A stretch of 64,000 nt of DNA from an uncultured Desulfosarcina sp. (GTDB taxonomy: Bacteria > Desulfobacterota > Desulfobacteria > Desulfobacterales > Desulfosarcinaceae). Each line of letters opens with the position of its first letter. The first letter of the stretch is position 1. The DNA lies in NCBI GenBank assembly GCA_963674945.2, contig CAXXWQ010000004.1, positions 2,464,001 to 2,528,000 of the forward strand, given 5' to 3'. This document shows, in pieces, positions 10,380 through 19,432 of this stretch. The position numbers and the translations under genes are program-made. Below the pieces are notes generated by a model. That model ran no database searches and was not told the DNA's origin. It was given only the letters and a program-made list of their open reading frames with translations.

Positions 10380-10972
10380 ATCGGTGGCACCCAAAACGAT
10401 ACCTCCTTTGCCGGTGCCCTCCGTTGGGAGACGCCGTTATCGGGCCTGCGGTTATGTTATTCCTACTATAAGGCAGAACCAACATCTCAATTTGGATTTT
10501 CGGCGGCACCATGGTAGTGCCGTTAGAAATTACGACCAGGCAGCATGTGGGCTCCGCCGAGTTCGTATGGAACGATCTGACGGTAGCGGCTGAATACTTG
10601 TTTCGGGATTCCGATGCCACCTTTGGGGCCAATACCATCAAAAGCGAAACGGAAAGCTACTACCTGTCGGCCTCATACGGGTTTATCGAATGGTTTACGT
10701 TGGGCGCCTACTATGCAATTTATTACCCGGACAAGGATGACAAGGACGGCGATAAACTGGCGGCCCAGGAAAAGCCAGATCATCGTGCCTGGCAGAAAGA
10801 CCTGGCTGTAACCTTTCGTTTCAATCTCAATGAATACTGGATTGTCAAAGTCGAAGGTCACGCAGTGGACGGTTCGGCCGATGTGCTGTCCATAGATAAT
10901 CCAGCCCCCGACAATGACTTCAGTGAGTCGAACTGGTACTATGGTGCGGCCAAGGTCACCTTCAGTTTCTAA
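10380..10972 (+). pseudogene. 5'-truncated, frameshifted third porin copy
   Basis: IGGTQNDTSFAGALRWETPLSGLRL from about 10380. A 1-bp deletion near 10500 relative to copy 2 (TTC TCC GGC GGC vs TTT TC- GGC GGC), then in frame to YYGAAKVTFSF. No signal peptide or N-terminal half. Confidence 0.85.
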
Positions 10973-11074
10973 GTTTTACGAATCCGTCCGAACGGCAACA
11001 GTTTACGAGATCATCAGGTTTGGACACCTACGTTTCTCGATCTCTGACCCACTGTATTGGAACGTAACGACCCG

Positions 11075-11485
11075 TCAGGCCAATCGCTTGCCTGCACCCG
11101 GACCCGGTGATACGCCGAAGATCTCTTCGATGTGAAGAATGGCGGCACCCTTGGATTTGAGGGGAAAGCCGGTTTTTTCGCTCATCTCCTTGATCCATTG
11201 GGCGGTTTCCTCGAAACGCTGGCCACTGGTCTCGATGGAGACGGTGCCCTTGAGCTGGTACCCTTCACGGCCCTCCCAGAAGGTCACCGCCGCCTTGGGA
11301 TTGGCCTTCATGTTTTCCAGGGTCTTGTTGAAGAACTGATCGGAAATGAGAATGGTTTCGCTGTCGATAATCCGCTTGGCACCGACCGGTACGGCATTGG
11401 GTGTTCCATCTGCTGTGGCAGTGGAGAGAATCACGGTACGAATCGAATTGAACAACTCCTGCATTCTTTCAGTCATTTGGGCCAT
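11075..11485 (-). CDS. Pyridoxamine 5'-phosphate oxidase-family FMN-binding protein
   Basis: LSTATADGTPNAVPV, SDQFFNKTLENMKANPK and GYQLKG motifs. AGGAGG RBS before ATG 11485. Confidence 0.85.
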   Translation of the reverse strand: MAQMTERMQELFNSIRTVILSTATADGTPNAVPVGAKRIIDSETILISDQFFNKTLENMKANPKAAVTFWEGREGYQLKGTVSIETSGQRFEETAQWIKEMSEKTGFPLKSKGAAILHIEEIFGVSPGPGAGKRLA

Positions 11486-11953
11486 TTTGCCGCCTCCTAT
11501 AAAGTTGATTCGGTTAACAGGAACATCTTCAGCCGGGAGGTTCTTCGGGTTTCCGTGCATCAATGATCGGGGACACACATCCCAGTTTTCCCTCCCGGTT
11601 TCGATGCGCCAAGAGAAGTGATCGATAAATGAGCCCCCGATCCAATGACCATTGGTGGCAATGAAACCGCCCCTTCTCATCACAATACGCCAGCAGGTCG
11701 CCGGTGAATCCCGCTTTCGCGAAAATGTCCGAAAATCGATGCTCATCCTTGCTACGGGTCCGCGAAGCGGTTGTTCCATATCAGGAATTTGAGTAATTGG
11801 CAAATGTACAAAACAAAAAAAATAGGATCGCACACGATCGACGAGCACGTAAAAAGTAGCTGTTCGATACGAGGTTCGTCGTTGACTCTCCCACGGGTTC
11901 GGTTCATTGTGGTAGATTATCAGTGTGTCCTACTGCAATGGGAGAAAGCTGTA

Positions 11954-12358
11954 ATGGTAACCCAATCAAATGGTCCGCCAAATCCGGATTGTCTCTTTTG
12001 TCAGTGGATTCGGGAGGGTAAACCGGTAACGGCCCTGGGCACGGTCGCCGCATTCCAGGATGGCAACCCCGTAACCGAGGGCCATCTGCTGATCGTTCCG
12101 CTGCGACATACCGGTGACTGGTTATCCATGAGCCGGCAGGAAGTACTGGACACCGACCGGTTGATCCGCAAGCTGGTCGAGACGATTCGACGAATCGATC
12201 CCGCCGTGACCGGCTTCAACATCGGAATGAACATCGGCCGGTCGGCCGGACAGACCATCTTCCACGCCCACACCCACCTGATCCCCCGGCGCGACAGGGA
12301 CACGCCTGACCCCAAAGGCGGTGTGCGGGGCGTCATCGACGGAAAGAGAGGGTATTAG
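11954..12358 (+). CDS. HIT-family hydrolase
   Basis: CLFC, PVTEGHLLIVP and AGQTIFHAHTHLIPRR (histidine triad). Confidence 0.92.
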   Translation: MVTQSNGPPNPDCLFCQWIREGKPVTALGTVAAFQDGNPVTEGHLLIVPLRHTGDWLSMSRQEVLDTDRLIRKLVETIRRIDPAVTGFNIGMNIGRSAGQTIFHAHTHLIPRRDRDTPDPKGGVRGVIDGKRGY

Positions 12359-13308
12359 GCTTTCGATTGAAGGTCATTCGAAAAGCCCCGGCAACAGACC
12401 TTGCCTTCGAAATATGGACAGGCGGCACATGCAGAAGATCCGTCCGGTGGCAATGTGCGACGATGAGCATTTTTCAGGTAGGGTGAGAGGTGGCGCAGAG
12501 CGCGATCCAGCTGCCGTCGGTCGACTCCGGTATTGACACCCTGTTCTTCCAGGGCGGCGACGACCTCTCCGGTGGCCACATTACCGCTGGCACCGGGGGC
12601 ATAGGGGCAGCCACCCAGGCCGCCCACGCTGGCATCGAAGATTCGAATCCCCGATGACCACGCAGCCAGTGCATTCTCCACACCCCGGCCGTATGTGTCG
12701 TGAAAATGAGCGGCAATGCGGTCTTCGGACAGACGGGGAAGCAGCAGGTCGAAAAGCCGCCGGACCTCATCCTCAGTCGCCTTCCCGATGGTGTCTGAAA
12801 TTGCCACCTCCTCGATCCCGATGTCCACCAGGCGATCGACAACCGATACGACGGCGGATGGCGGGATCTTTCCTTCGAATGCACACCAGAAGGCCGTGGA
12901 AACATATCCCCGCACCGACAGGCCGGCATCCATCGCCGCAGTCACGACAGGTTTGAAACGCCGGATGGAACCGGCAATGGAGGTGTTGATGTTTTTACGG
13001 TTGAACGTTTCACTGGCGCCGGTGAAGACCGAAATTTTGTCTGCCCTGGCTGCCAGCGCTCTCTCGAACCCGTGATCATTGGGTACCAGGGCCGAATACA
13101 CCACATCGGGCTGCCGGGTGATCCCTTCGAACACCGCGGCAGCATCGCTCAGTTGGGGCACCCATAAAGGGGAGACGAAGGCGCTTACCTCGATTTCATG
13201 GACACCGCTTCGCGACAGGGTATTGACCAGGGCGATCTTGGCCGCTGTCGGTATTGGTACGGATTCGTTCTGGAGCCCATCCCGTGGGCCGACTTCGACG
13301 ATGCGCAT
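12355..13308 (-). CDS. hmgL: Hydroxymethylglutaryl-CoA lyase
   Basis: IVEVGPRDGLQNE, DTIG, HFHDTYG and GGCPYAPGASGNVAT motifs. Confidence 0.93.
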   Translation of the reverse strand: MRIVEVGPRDGLQNESVPIPTAAKIALVNTLSRSGVHEIEVSAFVSPLWVPQLSDAAAVFEGITRQPDVVYSALVPNDHGFERALAARADKISVFTGASETFNRKNINTSIAGSIRRFKPVVTAAMDAGLSVRGYVSTAFWCAFEGKIPPSAVVSVVDRLVDIGIEEVAISDTIGKATEDEVRRLFDLLLPRLSEDRIAAHFHDTYGRGVENALAAWSSGIRIFDASVGGLGGCPYAPGASGNVATGEVVAALEEQGVNTGVDRRQLDRALRHLSPYLKNAHRRTLPPDGSSACAACPYFEGKVCCRGFSNDLQSKA

Positions 13309-13447
13309 GGTTGTCCTCCGTGTAAAAATGGTTATCGTGTAGGATGCAGATGATGGCCCATAATGTGAAGTTAATGCATTTAAAATAAAATTGCCATCAA
13401 TGGTTCATTCACTGCGGTACAAAAAGAGGAAAAGGTAAAGGCATGCA

Positions 13448-14281
13448 ATGACAACCGGAAACGAATCAATACCACCGGATGAGACAAAGGACTCTGGTTC
13501 ATCGGAAATTATGCCGGTGTTGTTTGTGGGCCACGGCAGTCCCATGAACGCAATCGAGGACAACCCCTTCAGCCACGCCTGGGAAGAAATGGGGCGGACG
13601 CTACCTTGCCCCCGGGCAATCGTGGTCATCAGTGCCCACTGGGAGACCGCCGGCACTTGTGTTACGGCAATGGAGCGGCCGTCCACATTGTACGACTTTC
13701 ACGGCTTTCCACAAGAATTGTACGAAATTTCCTATCCGGCTCCCGGCGACCCCGGGCTGGCCCGAAGCATCAAAAAAGCTGTTTCGGATCCGGTCATCAA
13801 CCTCGACTTCGGCTGGGGACTGGACCACGGTGCCTGGTCGGTACTGCGCCGCATGTTTCCCGCAGAGGACATCCCCGTGGTGCAACTCAGCCTGGATTTC
13901 GACCGGCCGCCGGAATTCCACTATGGGTTGGGAAAGCAGCTGGCCTTTTTGCGCAAGCAAGGGATTATGATTATCGGCAGCGGCAACATCGTTCACAACC
14001 TGCGTGCCATCGTTTGGGAGGATACCGCCTTCGACTGGGCCCGAAAATTCGATGAACGGGTGAAGTGCCTGATCCTCGCCGGGGAACATCAGCCCCTGAT
14101 CGACTATACGGCACTGGGCGAAGACGCCCTGTTGGCCATCCCCACCAACGAGCACTACCTGCCGCTGCTCTACGTACTGGCGCTTCAGGATCCTGCCGAC
14201 CGGATCTCGTTTTTCTGCGAATCGGTCACCCTGGGATCGGTTTCCATGCGATCGTTCATCCTGGACAGTGCAACGCGATGA
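13448..14281 (+). CDS. ygiD: 4,5-DOPA extradiol dioxygenase (LigB family)
   Basis: MPVLFVGHGSPMNA, ISAHW, YDFHGFP, WGLDHGAW, GSGNIVHNL and PTNEHYLPL motifs. Confidence 0.92.
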   Translation: MTTGNESIPPDETKDSGSSEIMPVLFVGHGSPMNAIEDNPFSHAWEEMGRTLPCPRAIVVISAHWETAGTCVTAMERPSTLYDFHGFPQELYEISYPAPGDPGLARSIKKAVSDPVINLDFGWGLDHGAWSVLRRMFPAEDIPVVQLSLDFDRPPEFHYGLGKQLAFLRKQGIMIIGSGNIVHNLRAIVWEDTAFDWARKFDERVKCLILAGEHQPLIDYTALGEDALLAIPTNEHYLPLLYVLALQDPADRISFFCESVTLGSVSMRSFILDSATR

Positions 14282-14312
14282 CCGGTTTCCTTCATCCTTG
14301 ATGAATGATGAA

Positions 14313-14882
14313 TCACGGGACCGTTTTCAAATTGAAGCTGGCGCCCAGACCGTCGGTGGTGTTGGCCATCATGCCGAAGGAGATGAATCCCTTTTCGTAG
14401 CCAAATACGTTTCGCAGGGATTTCGGATTGCAGAGCGGCGCCCAATGGACCGCATCGGCACTTACGTACAGCATGAATTTTTTGAAAAACGCATTCTTCT
14501 CCGCATCGCTCCACTGGGAGATGCGCTGCATATCGATGTCGTTTATTTGGGAAATCTCTTCTTCCGTAAGGTTTTCCGGCATCTTGATCATGAAGTAGAG
14601 TTTTTTCTTGGCGACGAGATCGATGTGATCCTGTTCAAAACCGATAAAGTCGGTATTCATTGAAATGGAAAGGGGAAGGGTGTCACCTTCGTTCATATAG
14701 GCTACGGTGTTGTTCAGGCTCTTGGTTTTCTCCCAACCCTTGATCTGGCTGTAATGGACGATGTTCTCTTCTGGAAAGGACCTGACCAGCAACTTGTTGC
14801 CTGCGCATCCCGTCAGGACGATGGTGAAAAGAATCATCATTCCGGTGGAGATCATATAACTTCTCACATTAATTGGACTCAT
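14313..14882 (-). CDS. Hypothetical lipoprotein
   Basis: Lipobox VLTGC and AGGAG RBS. Overlaps the upstream HTH gene. Confidence 0.7.
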   Translation of the reverse strand: MSPINVRSYMISTGMMILFTIVLTGCAGNKLLVRSFPEENIVHYSQIKGWEKTKSLNNTVAYMNEGDTLPLSISMNTDFIGFEQDHIDLVAKKKLYFMIKMPENLTEEEISQINDIDMQRISQWSDAEKNAFFKKFMLYVSADAVHWAPLCNPKSLRNVFGYEKGFISFGMMANTTDGLGASFNLKTVP

Positions 14883-15099
14883 TGTCTTCTCCTCTTTTTT
14901 CGCAGTATTCCAATATGTCGCCAGGTTGACATGAAAGATACCGGCAGATTGCATCCAGGGTCTCCAGGCGAATGGCACGGGCTTTTCCGGTTTTCAGAAT
15001 GGAGAGGTTCTGCGGCGTAATACCGATTTTGTCGGCCAGTTCAAAGGATTTCATCTTGCGACGTGCAAGCATGACATCCAGGTGAATACGAATGGACAT
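14869..15099 (-). CDS. Cro/C1-type HTH regulator (YozG-like)
   Basis: MSIRIHLDVMLARRKMKSFELADKIGITPQNLSILKTGKARAIRLETLDAICRYLSCQPGDILEY. Confidence 0.92.
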   Translation of the reverse strand: MSIRIHLDVMLARRKMKSFELADKIGITPQNLSILKTGKARAIRLETLDAICRYLSCQPGDILEYCEKRGEDNESN

Positions 15100-15107
15100 A
15101 TTGCTCC

Positions 15108-15647
15108 TTATACGGTATAGTCCTGATCCTCCTGAAGCCTTTGCCCCTCTTCCATCACCCAGGTGATGATGGATAAAATGAAACCAATCAGCAAAATGCC
15201 TAAATCGGAAGAACTCACCCCCAACGTCAGCATGCGTTGTCCCGGTGGATTGTGAAGGGTCAGGGCAATACCCAGAAGGGTTCTTTCCACGATGCGGGCG
15301 GCGAACCACCAGATGAGAATCCGGGACAGGTGTTTGTAACATTGAACGTTGGCATCCCTGAAGATGGATCCCTTCCCGTACAGATCAAAAAGACGCATCA
15401 GATGAAGAGCACCGACAATGACCACGGACGCGGACACCATGGTAACCAGAAATCCCATCAGACGGGTGGTGGCCGGCAGGGGCATGGTCACGAAATGGGG
15501 GAGTATTTCTCGATAGATATCCACCGGCAGATCGTTGATGAAAAGCCATACCATCGCATTGATCAGGGGCATGACAATGATGACGCCGGCCAGGATGCGG
15601 CGCATTCGGTGACTGGCCCGCTGGATCTGTTCCACATTGTGCATCAA
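15108..15647 (-). CDS. DUF2975-family membrane protein
   Basis: Four TM segments, a C-terminal EEGQRLQEDQDYTV, and the usual pairing with a YozG-like HTH. Confidence 0.88.
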   Translation of the reverse strand: MMHNVEQIQRASHRMRRILAGVIIVMPLINAMVWLFINDLPVDIYREILPHFVTMPLPATTRLMGFLVTMVSASVVIVGALHLMRLFDLYGKGSIFRDANVQCYKHLSRILIWWFAARIVERTLLGIALTLHNPPGQRMLTLGVSSSDLGILLIGFILSIITWVMEEGQRLQEDQDYTV

Positions 15648-15781
15648 TTACCTCCGTTCGTATCCCATATTGGTAGTGCAGATGGAGATGACGGAACAAT
15701 ACCGAAGCGATCACCTTCGTGTGAAGGCGAAAACCATCTCGACGAATGGTTCGATCGTTGGTATTAATGAATTACGGCAAT

Positions 15782-15804
15782 AAATTATTGTTTGTCAATA
15801 ATTT
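15782..15804. promoter_or_regulatory. Palindromic operator candidate
   Basis: Perfect 9-bp inverted repeat AAATTATTG-N5-CAATAATTT upstream of the DUF2975/HTH operon. Confidence 0.6.
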
Positions 15805-15937
15805 TTTAGTGAAAACTTCATGTGGGACCGACGGGTCCTGCGGCGTGAGTGGTGGAAAAAGGATCATGGGGCGGGATGAAAAGCGATGACGTTTCATCCC
15901 GCTTCCGTTGTCCATCTTTTTCAAAATAGAAGATGTT

Positions 15938-17623
15938 CTAAAAGAGGTTATACATCACTGCACTGACGACCAGACCGGCAAGGACCATGGCGGCGCGGGA
16001 CAGATTCTGGGTAACCAGCCGACGGCCGGATTCTCCGGTAAATTTCGGCCGCATCGCCGTGGTGACGGTGCTGAAAACATATTGTGGATTCTTATATCCC
16101 TTGTAAATGGGCGTGACCTTCTTATCCAGATGCAACAGGGTGTATACACCGATCTGGGCGGCTCTGACCGAGTACTCCAGGGTGAATACGATATCATCGG
16201 GTATTTCGCAAAACTGCCCCAGTACGGCCAGGTTGGAAATCTCATCCGATACCACTGGGGGGCGGTCCTCGCTTGTCCTGGGCAGGAACTGGCTGGTGAT
16301 ATACGGCAACAGACAGGGGATGCAGGTGGACGTTTCAAGAATGCGATCCATATGATCTTGCATCCCGAGATGGGAACACACTTCCATGAGGATCTCCCTG
16401 CCCGAACATTCGGATATTTTCTTTTTTACAAAGTTGCCCTCCGTATCGGTGGACAGCCCGTATCCCCAGCCGACATTGACATTTTCCGGTTGATTTTTAA
16501 AAAACGGATAGGGCGTCATGGCAAAGGAGATCAACCAATTGGAATCCTTTATGGTCACTGCGCCTTCGGTTCCCATTTCCGTGCCGGTATATTTTTTCAG
16601 TTGTTCGACAAATACGGGATCTCTGAATGTCATGGAAAAAGAGGTCCATTTGCTTTTTTCCAGGTCGGTGTTAAAAACAGACGGTTTCCCGAATACGGGT
16701 TCTTTCCGGGCGATATTTTCCCACAGGAGCCACGAAGAATCCTTTTCCGCTATGTTTTCCTCGGGCACCGTGTCCATGGTTCCGATACTGGAATTGGCGG
16801 TCATGGACCCCAGGGTTGCAAAAACAAGGTCACTGGCATCGACGGGTATCACACAGTCCTTGCCTTCTTTGATGCAGTGGAGTATCTGGACGGCTTTCCC
16901 GCCTTCGATGCCGCCGAATTCAAAATCGACCACCCGCGTGTTAAATTCAAACCGTACCCCCTGATCCTGCAGCCACGACACGAGGGGAACAACGATGGAT
17001 TCGTATTCATTGTAGGGTGTAAGCCGCACACATGCCATGCTGCTCAACTGCGGAGAGACATGACAGAATCGCAGAATGTACCGTTTGAACTCAACCAGCG
17101 AGTGCCAGGGCTGAAATGAGAAAGTGGTACACATCTGTACCCAGAAGTTGCTGGTAAAAAAAGAGGGTGAAAAGTAGTCCGCGATGGTCATGTCTTCCAA
17201 AATATCTTCCGGGCGCGTCAGAAACCAGAGCAACCGGAAACGGTCTTTCACATTCAGGTGAAATGGAAAGGGTTCCACGACCTTTCCCTTTTCTATGAGA
17301 CGTGCCTTCGCATCGATCCGGACCCGATCGTTAAATTCCTTGAATTCGTCCAGGACGGTCTTCTCCGGATCTTCCAGGGAAGGGATAAAGGACAGCAGGT
17401 CATACATGCAGGAATAGACCCTGCTTTCCAGCATTCGATAGCCGCGCATGACATAACCTTCGCCGGCATTGATATCTTCGGCATCCAGGCTGCCACCCAC
17501 ATTTTTGCTTTCTTCGTAAACAATGATGTTTTCACCTGGTATTTTTCCATCCCTGATCAAATATGCCGCACTGGCCAGTGAAGCCAACCCACCACCGATG
17601 ATGTACGCTCTCTTTTTTTCCAT
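15938..17623 (-). CDS. Oleate hydratase (MCRA family)
   Basis: AYIIGGGLASLASA, GGSLD, GYVMRGYRM, FQPWHSLVEFKRY, YNEYES, PYITSQF and FTLEYSVRAA motifs. Confidence 0.93.
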   Translation of the reverse strand: MEKKRAYIIGGGLASLASAAYLIRDGKIPGENIIVYEESKNVGGSLDAEDINAGEGYVMRGYRMLESRVYSCMYDLLSFIPSLEDPEKTVLDEFKEFNDRVRIDAKARLIEKGKVVEPFPFHLNVKDRFRLLWFLTRPEDILEDMTIADYFSPSFFTSNFWVQMCTTFSFQPWHSLVEFKRYILRFCHVSPQLSSMACVRLTPYNEYESIVVPLVSWLQDQGVRFEFNTRVVDFEFGGIEGGKAVQILHCIKEGKDCVIPVDASDLVFATLGSMTANSSIGTMDTVPEENIAEKDSSWLLWENIARKEPVFGKPSVFNTDLEKSKWTSFSMTFRDPVFVEQLKKYTGTEMGTEGAVTIKDSNWLISFAMTPYPFFKNQPENVNVGWGYGLSTDTEGNFVKKKISECSGREILMEVCSHLGMQDHMDRILETSTCIPCLLPYITSQFLPRTSEDRPPVVSDEISNLAVLGQFCEIPDDIVFTLEYSVRAAQIGVYTLLHLDKKVTPIYKGYKNPQYVFSTVTTAMRPKFTGESGRRLVTQNLSRAAMVLAGLVVSAVMYNLF

Positions 17624-17868
17624 GACGGCCCTTCCCGATTTCAATCCCTGTTTTCATCCAATGAAAAAATTGTGACACAAGTGACATCGTATCCATTATC
17701 GGCCGGTGGCTCTCAGGTCTTGAGAAATAGATGGGAAGACGTTCGTTTTCGCTATTGGCGGGTGGGGCAAAAAGGTAAGCGTTGACACTTGAACCGCGGA
17801 CATGGAAAAAACGAAACATCGCATCGAAGTTGAACGCTACAGAAAAACTGGTAAAGAGTCAGATTATA

Positions 17869-17992
17869 GACGGCTTCGTAAAAAGTTCGAGATCAAGGCT
17901 TGCGAATCCCGAGGAATGAGGCGTACATGTAGTACTCCGCAGTGACGAGGGATGAAGCGTAACGCAGATATCGGGCTTTTTACGAAGCCGTC
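17869..17992 (+). repeat. 124-bp palindromic (MITE/REP-like) element, copy A
   Basis: Terminal inverted repeats GACGGCTTCGTAAAAAG...CTTTTTACGAAGCCGTC. Homologous to 39899, 47490 and 56554. Confidence 0.9.
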
Positions 17993-18021
17993 ACAATTCG
18001 GTTTTAAAAGGAGTATGATCA

Positions 18022-18945
18022 GTGAAAACGATTCGAGACGTGTCCATTGTCGGTGCCGGTGCCATGGGTGCCGCCTATGCGTCCATGTTTACCGACGCCC
18101 GTGGCTTTTCCGTGACTTTCCTGGCGCGAGGGGAACGCCATGAGCGGCTAAAAACCAGGATTTTTGCCATTAACGGCAAAGACTACCACTTTCCCGTCGT
18201 TCATGCCGACCGGATACCCGCGCCGGCGGACCTGGTTCTCGTGGCGCTGAAACATCATCACCTGGCCGGAGCCGTCGAGGACATCCGGGCGCTGGTGGGG
18301 GAAAACACGGTGATTTTGTCGGTCATGAACGGTCTGGAGAGTGAGGCGATCATCGGAGAAGCCTGCGGCATGGACAAGCTGGTCCATGCCATCTCCGTGG
18401 GTATCGATGCCGTTCATGAAAACGGGCGCTATACCTATGCCAATCCGGGGAAAATCATTTTCGGACGGGTGGACGATGACGGTGTCGGCCCCTCTCTGGA
18501 ACGAATTGCGGAAGCATTGGATCGGGCCAATATTCCCAACGAGGTCCCCGAAGACATCCTGCGTGCCTTGTGGTGGAAGTTCATGATCAACGTTGGCATC
18601 AATCAGGCGTCGGCCGTGCTCGGGGCCCCTTATCGTGTTTTCCAATCCTCTGCCCATGCCCGGTCCCTGATGCGATCCCTCATGGAAGAGGTGGTGAACC
18701 TGGCAATAAAATTGGACATCGGTCTTACCGATACGGATCTCGACGCGTGGGAGACGATTTTAATGGAACTTTCTCCCACCGGCAAGACATCCATGCTTCA
18801 GGACGTGGAGGCCAAAAGGAAGACCGAGGTGGCGGTCTTTGCCGGCAGGGTGATCGCGCTGGGCAGGGAACACGGCATCCCGACACCCGTAAACGAAACG
18901 ATTTATAAGATCATCCGGGTTATGGAAGAGTGTTTCGGGTTGTAA
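18022..18945 (+). CDS. panE: 2-dehydropantoate 2-reductase (ApbA/PanE family)
   Basis: IVGAGAMG, LSVMNGLESE, LWWKFMINVGIN and KTSMLQDVEAKRKTEV motifs. Confidence 0.9.
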   Translation: MKTIRDVSIVGAGAMGAAYASMFTDARGFSVTFLARGERHERLKTRIFAINGKDYHFPVVHADRIPAPADLVLVALKHHHLAGAVEDIRALVGENTVILSVMNGLESEAIIGEACGMDKLVHAISVGIDAVHENGRYTYANPGKIIFGRVDDDGVGPSLERIAEALDRANIPNEVPEDILRALWWKFMINVGINQASAVLGAPYRVFQSSAHARSLMRSLMEEVVNLAIKLDIGLTDTDLDAWETILMELSPTGKTSMLQDVEAKRKTEVAVFAGRVIALGREHGIPTPVNETIYKIIRVMEECFGL

Positions 18946-19423
18946 ATCGAAGGCACGAATCGTTGGGAACCGATTCATTGCGCAACGGATAACCGGCCAT
19001 GGCCCATTCCGTGGTTCGTTGGCGTCCGTCGATGGTAAAATGGGCCCGCACACTCCACAGATATCGCGTGTCCGGTGCCAGGGACGATGCCATCGGATGG
19101 ACGGTTTCCGCCAATCCATCGCGCGCGTATACCAGCTTTCCCGTTTCGCTGGGAACCGTTCGCCAGACACGCAGCTCGTAGGTGATATTTTCCGGCATGT
19201 GCAACGGATCGAACCGATCCAGGTTCAACGGCTGCCAGCGAAAGGTGGGCATGCGTTCGTCCACCACAACGAAGTCAGCGACCAGGGACAAACTTTTTCT
19301 CACAATCGGCGGATAATCCGGATGCAGTCCGACGAATGCCGGCTTTCCGCAGCCCATGACGATCCATGCAAACGTGCCCATGACGAGAATGCGGGTCGTC
19401 AATCGATTCAGGTGGCAAAGCAC
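18920..19423 (-). CDS. Hypothetical lipoprotein
   Basis: Signal with IVMGC lipobox. AGGAG RBS just after the stop of the upstream gene. Confidence 0.6.
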   Translation of the reverse strand: MLCHLNRLTTRILVMGTFAWIVMGCGKPAFVGLHPDYPPIVRKSLSLVADFVVVDERMPTFRWQPLNLDRFDPLHMPENITYELRVWRTVPSETGKLVYARDGLAETVHPMASSLAPDTRYLWSVRAHFTIDGRQRTTEWAMAGYPLRNESVPNDSCLRFTTRNTLP

Positions 19424-19432
19424 GTATTTCTC

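Noticed and set aside
6517..10972. Phosphate ABC uptake operon or diversity-generating retroelement
   Set aside because: No permease or ATPase genes. No reverse transcriptase, and differences between copies are not adenine-specific.
17952..18143. Short ORFs beginning MKRNADIGLFTKPS (also 47318..47530)
   Set aside because: They are translations of the palindromic repeat, not genes.
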